This document shows positions 39,950 through 54,234 of a stretch of 64,000 bases of DNA, one piece after another. Within the stretch, counting starts at the first letter, position 1. The number at the start of each line of letters is the position of its first letter. The stretch comes from Chrysomallon squamiferum (taxonomy: Eukaryota > Animalia > Mollusca), in NCBI GenBank assembly GCA_012295275.1, contig CM022670.1:14818001-14882000 (forward strand). Reading direction: 5' to 3'. The notes below the pieces were generated by a model, which was not told where the DNA came from, did no database searches, and was given only the letters and a program-made list of their open reading frames with translations. The position numbers and the translations under genes are program-made.

Positions 39950-40315
39950 TGAATATTCTGATTTCAGTATATCTTATATGTATATATTATTTTCAATCTT
40001 TTGGACTACATTTATTTTATCACTAACTGCAGATTAACAAATATAGTGAAAGGTCAGATATAAATTCTCATAATTGTATTTGAATATAATTTATATGTAA
40101 ATAGATTATATATAATTCTTTTTATCCCACTGAATATTCTGATTTCAGTATATCTTATGTGTATATATTATTTTCAATCTTTTGGAATACAGCTATATTT
40201 ATTTTATCACTAGTTGCAGACTAAGAAATCTAGTGAAAGGTCATATATAAAAATTTAAAAAACTTTATTATAGTTTATAATTTATAAATAGGTTAGATAT
40301 AATTTTTCATAATTG
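39950..40315. repeat. About 180-bp intronic tandem duplication
   Basis: tgaatattctgatttcagtatatcttat...tagtgaaaggtca occurs at about 39950 and again at about 40131. Confidence 0.8.
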
Positions 40316-40328
40316 TATCCAAAAAAAA

Positions 40329-40368
<40 letters not shown>

Positions 40369-42478
40369 TATAGGATAGATATACTTTTTCTTCACTGAAT
40401 ATTCATTAGATACCTTTATAAGTTTTAATATACAAATAATTAGCTGATTTGGCTGTTCACAGACATTGATAAATGTGCAGCAGGCTCATTTGAGTGTTAC
40501 TGCAGAGGAAATGGTTTCACTCTGTCCTCAGATCAAGCTTCATGTATTGGTGTGTATAATCAGGTGTATTTTTCCCAAATAAAAAAGGTTAAAAAAAAAA
40601 AAAATCATCAAAAAATCTGTTTACTATTTGTAGAATCAGTCATTTTGATGACTAAATATAAAAGTCCAATAATGATTTTACATCAACTCAGGTGAATTAT
40701 TTATTCTTCCTAACCACCTCAGATGCCATCATTAACATATTTAATACATAATGCCAGCCATGTTTTGCAGGAATTATGGATTATCAAACGCCATAGTCCT
40801 AGTTTAAAAACTATGAATACATTTTTATGTGAAACAAAAACAATTGGAATACTTTTAAGATTATTATAACCTCTTTGTTCTTGTTTGTTTGACCTTCATG
40901 TTTATTTTTCAGATATCAACGAATGCATGGAGGGGGAGAATGTCTGTGAAGAAGGGTGTGTCAACACTCATGGCTCCTACAAATGTCAGTGTGATAAACC
41001 TGGTTACCACATTGGACCTGATGGTATGTCATGCATTGGTATATGACATTTTACTGATATGCTTCAAATACACAACAAACCACACATAAAACAAAATACA
41101 GACAATGGTGCAGCTTAATTTTGTAGGCCAAACTACATCCAACTTGTTTAAATTGTTAACTAATACATTTTCCCTGGTATAACAGATCTTAATTTACATT
41201 AATGTTAACTGACACTTTTTCATTTTTCCTTAGTTCACAATTATGTTAACCTGACAATTTTTCATTAAACAACAGTTCTTAGTTTACATTTAAATTCCTA
41301 GCTGACAGTTGTAGTGTTTTGGTTTTGTAACAGTGAGGATGTGTTTAATTCTTAGTTGACAATTGTAGTGTGTTAGTTTTTGTTTCTAATATCATTTAAA
41401 CTGGATCACACTGGGATATTGACTGTATTTTTAGTGAAACATAGCACATGTTTTGGTAAGCTTCAGTGGCATTTAGTTATTTTTATACATATGTCCAATA
41501 TTTGAATGACATGTTAACTTGCACTGCATCTTGGCCTTGAAACAACAGCATGTGTTAGGCAAAATAATTTATGCTGCTTTAAGTTGTTTTTTTATCAGTA
41601 TATTAATCATTTCCTGGAAAAAACAAAAGAAGTTTCAATACAGACTTGTCAGGTTAGGCACAGAGGAATCAGTTCTTCACAGCAGTGTTAATGTGTTATA
41701 TGTTATATACATAACAGCTATGTAATATAAATAATATTTGTGTAATATGCATAGCTCTAATACTATATAATACATACAAAATTATGTAATATAAATAATA
41801 TTTTAGTAATACACATAGTCCTAATATTATATAATATATATGCAATATACATAATCCTAATAGCTATGTAATATAAATAATATCTAAGTATCATATGTAA
41901 TGCAAATATCTGTGCAGTATAAACAAAGTTAATAGCTATGTAATAAAAACAATGCTAATATGTGTATAATATGAATAATACTTACAGCTGTTTAATGTAA
42001 ATCATAGCTAATTTAAACAGTGCTAATAACTGTGTAATGTTAACATGGTTGATATGTAATTTAGCTTGTCCTGTTGGTTATTATCGAGGAGATTTGAATA
42101 ACAGCTGTAAATGTTGCCCGCCATTCTCTGTGACAAACGGCACAGCAAAGACATCAGTCAGTGACTGTTTCTGTCAGCTGGGGTACTGGGGAGACCCAGC
42201 CCAAAACATCACCTGCATGGGTAAGTTATTTAATACAGTCCCTCCCACTTGTAACAAACACTTCTTATCTCAGTGCTTTAACAATATTTTAAAAACTGAA
42301 TATTTAAAATGTAATGAGAATTGTGTTGAACATTTTTTTATATATTTATAGCAAACTTTAAAATAGTTTATAATTTAAAGTCTTGTTTATTTAAAATATT
42401 TAACCTTCTTGTTTTTTTTTTTTAAATAATTAGGGTAACTTAAGAAAATTACAGAAAATAAGACTTTTTCTTTATTAC

Positions 42479-42513
<35 letters not shown>

Positions 42514-44620
42514 GTTTTACCAACTAGTAAAATAATTGCTGAAAAAAAAATTTAAAACAAAAATTAAGTATCATTTTATCACAGCAAATATTTTATTTCA
42601 TTACTGTAATATAAACTATTTCTTTTTCTAAAGTCGTTAATGAATATAAAAGTTTTACTTTTTAAAAAAAAATTGTTAATGAATGTGAAATATTTCTCCT
42701 TTTTTTTCAGACGTTAATAAATGTAATTTTTTTATTTTTTTTTTTAAAGATGTTAATGAATGTTTGAACAATGCATATGACTGCTCTGATCACTGTGTAA
42801 ACACTGAAGGAAGTGCTTACTGCACATGTGCAGCTGGATACAAACTTGACCAGGATAAACGCACGTGCAAAGGTTAAAACATTTTGTAATTCTTTATTAA
42901 TAATAATAGCTTAACACTAATGTTCTGGTGACATACATGTAAGGGTGGATCATAAGAATATCTGAAATCTAAGTGCATACAAGTTTTCAGACCAAATGAA
43001 AAATTTACCAAAGTTAAACAAAAATGAATGGAAAATAAAAGTGTTATGTTTTAACATTAAAACATAAAGTTCATTTCAGTTTCCAAACAATTTATTTCAT
43101 TTCAAAAATGGCTACGAACAAAAATAACGCATACTCCCGGTGACATCATATAATATTATCTCCCTTATTCCGGTTCCCCTAAACATTGTAAACTGTAACA
43201 ATGTTAACCATAACACCATTTAGATAAAACAAAAAGATCAGTTTAGGCAATGTTAAAAACCTGTACTGACTAAGATTCTGCTGATAATCAGAGAGGACTG
43301 ATTCTTAAATAGTTGTTTTTGCTTTCTATCAGCCAAGTTTCTTGGATTGCTGTAGCAAAACCTTTTGACCAGTGAGAACTGAGATTCATTTTTACTTCTG
43401 TATAGCAATTAATTGACTGGAATGTTAGGAAAGTCTGATGATCTCTTGGAAATAGTAAATGAATTATTGGGGCAAATATTTGTCATTTTGGGAGACTGTT
43501 ATATAAATGTTCAAACAACTGTAGGAAATTTATATTAATTTCTACCACATAATTATAATTTTTTCAGTGGCAAGTTTACAAACAAAACATTACATTTATG
43601 TATGTGTTTAAAATTACAATGAAAGATGAATATTTATTTAGTTTAGGCAACAGTTTGATGCACGTCAAATTATATAATTATCGCAATTATAATAAAAATA
43701 ATAATTTAAAAGTTCTGGCATCATCACAGTGTTTATCACCAGTGGCCAGTATTACTTTAAATATGTGAAAGTTTGAATCATTTACTAGTACTTACTGAAT
43801 GATATTTCTTGTTTTAACAGACGTGTATATATGGATTGTTTTCAAACAGACATGAATCATATGTTTGTATATAGGGTTTTGTATTGCATCAAATGTCTTG
43901 TATTGGTAAGATAATGTGATTGTGTTAAGTACACACACACATAATGTAAATATTAATGTTGTCTGTGTTAAGTACTAATGTAAATATTAATGTAGCTTTA
44001 TCTACTTATGACTGAGATAGTAAATTAAGTTATACATCTTGGACTGTTTTGCCTAAATGTGTTACCAATAGATTTATCATTATAACTATATATCTATATT
44101 ATTATTATTATTATATTGTTTTGTTGATCACTTTAATATCTTAAAACACAAGAGGGTTAGTTAACATTTTTATTCTCTATGTAAAACCTCTGCCTCCTGC
44201 TTCACATGAAATAATGGTATCATCTGTGCATCTCTTACTTAATTTGACTAATAGAAAGTTTGTTTTGTTAGATGTAGATGAATGTAAGGGAGATCATGGA
44301 TGTTCCTACAAATGTATCAACACGAGAGGAAGTGCTTATTGTATTTGTGACATTGGTTTTAAGTTAATGGCAGACGGCAAAACTTGCACAGGTGAATCTG
44401 AAACTTCTATTTATAGATATTTAATTAAACAGGCAATATTTATATGTGCATGTACTCAAAATAGCTGAGACATACATTTTACTTTACTAAAATACAAAGA
44501 TGATAACAAATTATAATGAAGATATGTAAATTATAATTAGATCTCTCAAAATCAAAGAATGAAAAAAAAAAACTTGTAAATGATGTTTATATAATAGCAG
44601 CTTGTAATGCTGTGATTATA

Positions 44621-44739
44621 CAGTGGAACATCAGAAAACCAGGACCCTCACTAAGCTGTGATTCCCTCACAATAGAAAGACTCTGGAGTCTGGTGATTTA
44701 TCAAGAATTAACACTGTTAAGTTTTGAGATGTTTCACTG
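44621..44739. mobile_element. Possible short Tc1/mariner/pogo-type MITE
   Basis: Imperfect terminal inverted repeats cagtggaacatc / gatgtttcactg (11 of 12 match). The left end is preceded by TA; the right-side TA duplication is not intact. Confidence 0.4.
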
Positions 44740-47700
44740 AATATATGAATCATTCAGTTTTACCATAGCAACACAGAATGAATGACTTATATAGATGCAA
44801 GATTTTTCAATTTAAAAATATTCCAAATAACCTTGGAAGTTTTTTCATACAGGCTAGGCCTTTTGACCTGACCCATTGTTAATAAAAATACTGCAAGATT
44901 TTTATATAAGCTACTATTCTTGTTCACCAATCCCATTGTTAATATAAAGAGAAGTAAATATTGTTTAAAGCAGTGATAATAATCAGAGAAAATTAGAAAG
45001 AGTTGTGTTTTTAATAATCTGTTTATTGTATTTTATTTATTTCAGATTATGATGAATGCAAGGTAAACAATGGCGGTTGTGAACAAGGTTGTAAAAACAC
45101 TGTTGGCTCTTTTCATTGTTTCTGTACTGTAGCTGGTTTTGAAGTTTACCATCTAAACAAATCTATGTGTGTTGGTATGTTTTTTCATTAGTTTACATTC
45201 TAAATTATTTTCATTAACAACAAAATCATTTATTTAAAATGAATTTTGACTTTGAGTTGTTGTACTACCACAAAGCCTCCCTCGCAAGTATATGATTTGT
45301 ATACCATTTTCTTTTATGTCTGTAATTTAATTATTTTAATACAAAATACTGCTGAAATTTGTTTATGATGTAATATATTATATGAAAATAATCATGTGGA
45401 TAAATAGCTGGCATGCCAACTTATTAAATGGCTGAAATCATGCAGGGGTTTATTCATAAATTAAAATATTGTTCATGTTGCTTCTCATGACTAATAATAT
45501 TAGCCACTTCCTAAAATATTTCTGAAACTGTTTTGCTTCTGTGTTTTGTTTTTCAGACAAATGAATGTTACAGAAACAAGCCGTGTGAGGATCACTGTAT
45601 TAATAGCTACGGGACTTTCAAATGTCAGTGTAAAGGTATAAGAGATAAACATATCTGATATACTCAATGAACTGTATTGCAGAAAAAAAGAATATTTATT
45701 TTCTATTATATAAGTGCCATTTTCTAAATACATTTGATGTCTCAAGGTATTTCTAGAAAGCAAATTTTCTTATCTTTAAACCTTTAAATAATAATAATGA
45801 TGATCATAATGATGAGGATGATAAAATCTATCAAAGAAAAACATAAAAAATGTATTTAAGCCTCACGTTTATATCCAGTTCAGTAATTTATGACTTTTGT
45901 GTTACAAATGTTACAATTTACCTGGCTCATACAGGTGTGAATGTCCTATTGGCTATGTGCAGCATAAAGGAAAATGTGTAGGTAAGTTTGAAACATTCTG
46001 ATAATCAATTCATTACTGTTGGAAATAGTTTTTACTGCACCATGATTTTGTCCACTTTAAAATACTTTTATTTGTTGTCTTTTTTTAAATTTTTGTGCTG
46101 TAATTCTGTACATTAGCCAAATAACCATTGTTATTTTGTAAAAAAATTAATTTTGGTGTCTTTGTTGATAATCTAAAAGTAATATAAATGGATACTAACA
46201 ACTTAATGAAACTGTTTTAATTCTAAAATCAGTTAAAGTAATTCCTCATCTTATAACTCAGATCTGGATACAAATAAGCTGAAAACAATAAAATAAAGTA
46301 TTAAAATGAAATGAATTGTTAATATACAATATAATAATGTTTATACAAGGTTAAATATATGATGAAAATAATTAAATAAAGTTTTAAAATAATGAGATTT
46401 GTAGATATCCAAACCTGGTTAAATATCTGTAATTGAAACCATAAAAGAAATTTTGAAATGATAAGACACTGATTTATGATGAGTGTTCAGTGGACAATGG
46501 AGCCTGCAGTCAAATCTGCAACAACTACGAAGGAGATTTTTCCTGTTCATGCAGACCTCCATTTACACTGCTTGATGACAGAAAAACTTATAAAAGTGAG
46601 TCACAAACACTACTAAATTTTACTCTTTTTTTTATTAATATATACTCAAATAATGGCACCACCAGTTGATTAAACAAATAGCAGGCTATACAATGGTCAA
46701 GTATTCTCATGTAATTAGCTGAAATCATGCAGTAGTTTATTTAAAAAATTATTATTGTTCATGTAGTTTTTCATGACTGTAAAAATTTTAGCCACTTCCT
46801 AAAATATTGCTGAAATTGTTCTGTGTTTTGTTGACCACAAAAATCATTTCTATCTGATTATGAATGCTCTGTCGTAAGAAAAATGCAAATAATGTGTTTA
46901 TATTTAACTACATACAGAACATTAAAAACATTAAAATATTAATAGATAAAATAGTCTTCTCAAGTTCTATCCATCTGTGAACTACTTCTCAAGTTTTCTG
47001 AGTTATGTAAAAGTTATTCTAAGATAATATTCTGTTTATTTTGAGGAAGTATTGGTTAAAAATATGTTTGTAAATAAATTTTAGTGAGATGTATTTTTCG
47101 TTTTTTTCAGAGAAATTTTGTGCACCACTGAAAAGAGTTCAGTTTGGTCAGATATACCCAAGGGCGTGTTACTCTAAGTCGTCTGTTCAGTTGACAAGAG
47201 GGATTCTCTGCTCCTATCGGTGTTCTAGAGGTTTTCACCTACAGGGACAGCAGTATTGGGTGTGTCAGGATAATGGGATGTGGAGTGGTAAAGATGTAAA
47301 ATGTGTTGGTTAGTAACATAACATACTTTCTCAAACTTACTGTAATCAAAATCCTTAAAGATTGTGTAGAAAAGAAAAATTGCAATGACTAAAGTCCTGA
47401 ATAATTTAGAAAAAACTAATAGATACTAAAATTGTAATGAGTTGACAAAAAGATAAATTGTTTTTAATAACTAAATTTATTAATGTGATTCCCTTCTTCT
47501 TTAATCAGTTTATTTTGTTTTAAAACAGCACTGAGGTGCAAAGGTTTACCTCAACCGTCAAATGGACAGATTCGTCCAATTGCTTGCCTTTCGGACACTG
47601 TTCCATTTCGGACACGTTGTGCCTATGTCTGTAATCATGGCTTCAGGATGATTGGTCGCAGGGTTACAAGATGCAAAGCCAACCAACAGTGGAGTAGCAC

Positions 47701-50700
47701 CACACTTCCAAAATGTGTACCACGTGAGTAACCTCCCTTTTATTTTCACAACAGTACTCTAATTTTTCTCGACAAATTCGTAGAATTTAAAATGCCAGTT
47801 CTTTTATTACATCTTAAAGTCTTATTAATTTATTATTTAACATTTTTACTGTGTTACTGTTTTTGTTTCAGTCAAAAACAGTGTCAAAAGAACGCTACAG
47901 AAGAAAACATGACATTGAAGCTTGCATATTAAATACTTTTATACAGTTTTATATAATGTCATACACCTTTACCTCAAAACAGTGTAAAATAGACAACTTT
48001 AACCCTTTCACTGCTGAATGATCATAAACAGCTCCCAGAAAATCAGCAGTACCACAGATGGCAGCACTCAGAGGGGTGATGTGAAGTTTGTGAGTCTTGG
48101 GCAGTGTTTCTGTTTTTTGCAGTACAACAAAAAGTTTATTTTAAGGATATGGAGTAAACTCACTTTCTGCAATTAACAGAAATAACAGGATGTATCCACT
48201 TTTTGCAAGGAAAGATTTTAAATTTCATTAATCATATTGTTATGGTGTCACACAGTGGTAAAATTGTTATATTTTTCATTTTTAATACTTCTTATGTATT
48301 AAATAAATAAGAATGAGTAACATTCTTAACAGTTCAGAATGCATAAAAAAAATCAAAATTTAACATCATTTAATGTAACCTGTTTTTTAAATAATCAAGT
48401 GTAATGAAACTGTCATGAATATGTAAATACTGTTTTGTTTTTTTCTCATTCATTTCTTACTGTAATAATCACATCACAGCAAACTCAGAATTGATCTTCG
48501 CTGCTTCATTTCATGTAATATACTGGCAGAAACAACCAATTATGAGTAATCAGCAAGGTGTTCAGTTGTATCAGATGGAAAAGAAAGAAAAATAATTTTA
48601 TTTGTTGTTATGTCCTATCACACATTTGTACCTTTCAGATAATGAGAAAACCTATTATATCACTTTATGGATGATTGTTTTGAAGTAGCAGAATGGATGT
48701 TTTTTATCAACCACCCCACAGTCAGGATGATCTTTGTGAAGAAGTACAGCATTGGTTTGAACAAGAAATGACTTGGTGGGTCCATCAACAAGGATCGAAC
48801 TGATAATAAACCAGATCTATAGCAAATGCTCTATCACTAAACTCTATTCCCAGCTGTCTTACTTATGTGATAAACAATGATCTGATTCCTCAACTTACCT
48901 TGATCCATAATTAAAACAGAGAAATGTATTTTGACCAACAGAAAAATATGTATCTAATGAGCCATGTTAAGAATAATTACACAACACGCTATAGACTACC
49001 AAATACCAAAGGTCTGTTGGTGATTTTACCAACTTGTGTAATGCTAAAAAGAAATATAAGGCAAAATTAAATAATACAATCAAAGAAATATAAGGCAAAG
49101 TTAAATAATACAAGAACTGAGTAATATCTGGAACAATACGTTCACAAATCCTTAGTATTTTTATTTTTAATAATAATGCATTATCGGGTAAACAGACTAA
49201 ATCCATAATTTTATTTTTCAGCTTGCCAAAGCTGTCTTGCATTTCAAAAAAGATTTCCAATAATGATTTTCTAGCAGTAATCCACTAGATGAAAAAAAAT
49301 TCTATAAATCCATACTTAACCGCATCAGTATTCTACTCAGTAAGAGAGGATTATGTTTATTTAGGTGAGAAGAAAATCTTAGTTACTGTAATTGTTTATA
49401 TTAATAATATTTAAATTTAAAACTGTATAAATACTACTACTAATAATAATAATAATAATAATAATAAAAGAAAATAAACTGAACAGTCCCAATACCAACA
49501 ACAACAACAATCATATAATTACACCCTTTTACTATAAACCTGTCCACTATTCAGTATAAGTTTTGTTTATAAAAATGGATTGTGTTTTTACTGGTTCTCA
49601 TAGGTGGTAAAATATTTATTGTTGAAAATTTATGACTATTTTGTTCTTCATGAATATTTTTCATTTTGTTTTACTCCCAACATAAATTATTTAATTTTGA
49701 AAAATTCAAAGGAAATATTTTACATGATTTTTAAATAGTAAATAATTGCTAACAAAAAATGGCAGCAAATTAAACTGATGAGGTTAGATGGAAGATCATG
49801 TTTTTATGTAATTTTGTAATTTTAATGTAAAAACAAGCAATTTTCCAGTGATTATTATTATTTTTTTATTATTTCATTTTTATTTAGTTATTTATTATTA
49901 TCACCATCATCATTATTGTTATTCCTACTGATTATGATTATCACTATCATTATTATTATTATTACTACTACAAATAATTTTGATTATTATTATTAATATA
50001 TATGAACTAATGGTTCTGTAAAAGTGGAAAATATTGGCCTTTATGCAGTTAATATTGTCTCTGTCACTACTATACAAAAAATATGTTATTTCTAACTGAA
50101 ATGAAAACTACCAGCTGTATGAAAATATTCTTATAGGGTCAAAGGTTAAAACTGGATGACCTGATGTTAGAACTGGAGGAAACAAGTATGAGACATTATC
50201 ATCATCATACAGACAGACATGCACATATACATATGCATACATACAGATACATATATATTTACATAATAAAATGGTAGGTTTTAGAAGGAAAAACATTCTG
50301 TATTCTTTTCTGATCCTGAAGAAAACAACAACCATCTGGAAACAAAATTTACAAATCATACTCAGAAACTCAGATTAATATTAATGATGATGACAGTAGT
50401 AGTAATAATAATCAGAAGAAAAAGAACAACAACTATGACAATATATGAGAGCTATATGGAACAGATGTTTTAGTTAATCGGAAACAATATAAAATATATT
50501 GTGTTGTCATATACAAACTAACAAGATTTTTTGTCAGTCAACTTCTTTGTTTTCTGCTTTTTTTTCTGAAATGAAACAAATTAAAAACTCAATAAACATC
50601 ACTTTATTTTCAGTTATGTACACTTATGGTTAGTAACAAATCAACGAGAATATTTTTATAGACAAACCATTCAAAATGCATTTGGTTAAAAATGTATGAA

Positions 50701-50924
50701 ATAAACAAATAAATAAATAAATAAAATTACACACACACGCAAATAAATACAATAAGATAAGATTAAGTAAAAAGAACAAATTGAATGTAAAAAAAATAAT
50801 AATAAATGCCTTTGGCAAAAAAACAAAATCAAATACAAATAATGCTAATAATTAATAAAATGGACATAAAGTTAAAAAACAATTATAATATATATATAAC
50901 AGACTCAGCCATCTAACTTATTGA

Positions 50925-51232
50925 CGTGTAATAAAGAGATATCAGTCTAACGTGTTGGCTGTGTAATACAGAGATACCAGTCTAACATATTGTACATGTA
51001 AGACAGATAACAGTCTAACATATTGTTCATATAACACACAGATAACAGTCTAACATACTGTACATGCAAGACAGAGATCACAGTCTAATGTATTGTCCAT
51101 GTAACACAGAGATAACAGTCTAACGTACTGTCCATGTAATACAGAGATAATAGTCTAACGTACTGTCCATGTAATACAGAGATCACAGTCTAACGTATTG
51201 TCCAAATAATACACAGATCACAGTTATACATG
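50925..51232. repeat. About 34-36 bp minisatellite, about 8 copies
   Basis: Unit acagagataacagtctaacgtactgtccatgtaat repeated. Confidence 0.88.
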
Positions 51233-51800
51233 TAATACTTAAGTAAGGCTAAGGTTTTGAAAATACATAAATAATTGTCTAATGCAGTGTAGATAGAGTA
51301 CACATATATTATCAGGGACAAAAGCAACAATACCCGAAACTGTATATTCGACAGCAAATAAAACAGATGTTTTTGATTATATACAATTACAAAGAGGTAT
51401 CTATGAATTTCATTTTCTGCTCGTTACGATACATACACATTTATCCAATTATTCTGTTTTCTAAATGTTTCACAGATTAATTTCTAAATTCAAAATATTT
51501 TCTGCTACTGCTTCTTGTAACTCTAGATATATTACATAACTGTGCAGATTATGTTGTCAACAACAACGTCTGTCACTCTACATCTAAAGTGAAGTCTGTG
51601 TACACTTGGAAACCATTCGACAAAGAGATATATATTTTAACGTATACTGTTCACTCTTGAACATCAAATATGTATGTACAAACAAAAACAAAAATAATAA
51701 TAATGAAAAAAAAATTCATCAAATCCTCAAACTCGCATAAAAATTACGAATGAAAACAATCTCTGGACACTTTCTGGGGTAAGCTGGTAATAAATGATGT

Positions 51801-51896
51801 AAAACAGATGACAAAGTGCATCTGTGTCTGTTGAATACTCAGCAGTTGAAAAACAGATGACAAAGTGCATCTGTGTCTGTTGAATACTCAGCAGTT
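51801..51896. repeat. Perfect 47-bp direct duplication (period 49) downstream of the membrane-protein stop codon
   Basis: aaaacagatgacaaagtgcatctgtgtctgttgaatactcagcagtt occurs twice. Confidence 0.9.
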
Positions 51897-52010
51897 ACTT
51901 TCGAAACGATCGTCAAATATTTGTATGGTGATAATTTTCGTCTAAGTTCTGCTTCGTCGTGTTAGTAAATCCTCATAAAATAATGTCATTGATTTGCTGT
52001 GTTGTGTTCT

Positions 52011-54193
52011 TCACACTGCGTTGTCGTTGTTCACTGGTGCCGCGTGGCCATTAGCAGAAGCTTCCGTTGTCACGTTGTCGGTATTAGCATTCGCGTCAAC
52101 TGAGTTTGTTATTTTGTCAGACGATGTCATTGTCAGATCAGGGCCGTTTGATGCTTTAGTGGCTGAAAATAATAATTAAAAAATTCAATGAAATGATTTT
52201 CTAAATAATAGACTCGAAAAAATCTGCCAAGCTGATGCTATAAATAGGACAGTCGCATAATCTGCGTGATTTTTCTTTGCATGGAGAACGGTAAATTTAT
52301 CGAAACTTTGCAGTTAATATTTCTGTAACAAGTAACAAACTAACCACCTGTTTGGTTAGGAAGTGAAAATTTGTACGTGAACACATCAGTTTCTGATAAC
52401 CCTTTGTTACTGCACAAATTCAGAATTTTTGTACACTACTTTCATTTTCAGAAAACTATCTCCAGTTTCTTGTCACTGAAATTTGGGAGATTAAAAGCTA
52501 TTGTTTGTTATGGAAAACTAATCCTCTTCATTATAATATAATTATGCTTTATGTGGATGTTTCTATAATAATAATAATAATAATAATAGAGTTCTTGTAA
52601 AATAGACTCCTGTTTTTATTCATTGGTCATCCAATATTTGGAAATTTAAAACTCTTATTTTGTATAAAGTAATATGACTGACTCTAAATAAGCAGTGATG
52701 AATCGAAAACAGTAAACAGAAATTAGCGAAACATTCATATCTGTCTGAATTGTTTATTTAATGTTTTTAAAGTATAATTAAAAACTTAATAAGACGCTAA
52801 CATGGGAAATTTATTATTTTATTTTCTTTATTTTCTTTTCATTTTTCCACTTTGATCATCATAACAGAAAAAATAAATAATCAAATTCTAAAAAATGTGC
52901 CTCCATTCAAGCATTTTCAAATCTGAATTTTTTTATTATTTTTCTTTTTTTTGACGATGTTATTTTTGTCCATTTTGTTGATTATTTTAACATTTGGAAA
53001 ATCTCAAATACACGAAGTGGCGACCCCTAGCGACTGGCCGAGTTTACTGCTATCTTCAATCGTCCCTCTAACATGGGCAAATAAATGTAAGTAAACGATG
53101 CTTACTTGGAAACGTTGACGATCGACGACTGCGTTTTCTCAGCAGCAGGTAAGCTGTAACTGCAACAGCCACGCCAAGTACAATGATCAAGAGAACGACA
53201 ACGACAATGATAACGGTGAGATTATCATCAGTGAACGCTGAAACAGAGATATTGAATATGCAGCATTATAAAGTTATTAATACTGGCCTATTTATTTCCA
53301 TATTATTAGTAGTAAAATGGGTTTGTTGTGCGGTTGTTGTTTTTGGTTGTTTTTTTGTTGTTTTGTTGTCCTCACTTTTGGAATTTTTAATAATTTTATT
53401 TAAAAACAAAAACAAAAAAAAAATTATTGATAAACGACGTATTTGCTATAAACTGAAGTTCTTACTTACTTTGTTAGTTCAGTATTAATTTTTATAACCA
53501 GTGGTCCAAAAAAAATAAATAAATAAATAAATAAATAATAAATAAAAAAAATAATAATAAGAACATTTTTATAATAATAATAATAAATAAAATAAAAAAT
53601 AAAAATGAAAATAATTAAATAATTAAAACAATAAATAATTAAATAATATCAATAACAATAATAATGATATTAAATTATTAAATAAATAAATAATAATATA
53701 TGTATGTGTGTGTGTACAGTACATATGTGTACATACTGCATACACATTTTGCTTTAACTTCTTAAGTCTAGACTACTTGTTTAATGAATTATACAGTTTA
53801 CTGTTTCTTCTACGAGTGCAGAGGTTTCAATACTTACGGCAGGTAACTGAAAACAAAAATAATACAGGTATATAAGCAACATTACAGCATTCGTTTCGTC
53901 ATTTCGACAATGTAAAATTTCAGTAAGTTATTTATATTCTTATTACATCAATTTTGTTATGATTTTGCTCATAATATATTCGTTATTCTGTTTTCTGATA
54001 TATTTCGTTCATTTTTTTGAATTTTATTTGTATTACCCAAATGTATATATTTTTATCACATACATGCATAATATAAATTATATGTTATTTTTAAATTCAG
54101 TACGTGTATGATGTATTAATATAAGATCACTAAATACCATGATACCATTGGTACATGTATAATAACAATAATAATAGTAGTAGTAGTAATAGC

Positions 54194-54234
<41 letters not shown>

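Larger units (their letters stand above)
37370..47912 (+). pseudogene. Multidomain extracellular protein gene (signal-like exon, Sushi/CCP, GCC2-GCC3/ephrin-receptor-like, 4 cbEGF, GCC, 6 cbEGF, 2 CCP; SVEP1/SCUBE/fibulin-like parts), probably pseudogenised
   Basis: Phase-1 exons: about 37370-37490 (hydrophobic leader), 37727-37885 (CCP), 38166-38332 (GCC), 38936-39058, 39613-39738, 40463-40549, 40913-41038 (EGF; DIDEC/DVDEC/DINEC), 42065-42220 (GCC), 42750-42872, 44272-44391, 45046-45174, 45557-45635, about 45898-45981, about 46473-46595 (EGF), 47111-47308, 47529-47723 (six-Cys CCP), 47872-47912 (stop). Lesions include lost splice sites, two frameshifts, internal deletions and a Cys>Tyr change. 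Confidence 0.8.

Noticed and set aside
41500-41560. Additional EGF exon remnant (HLGLETTACV)
   Set aside because: No acceptor, no GT donor and too few cysteines to support it.
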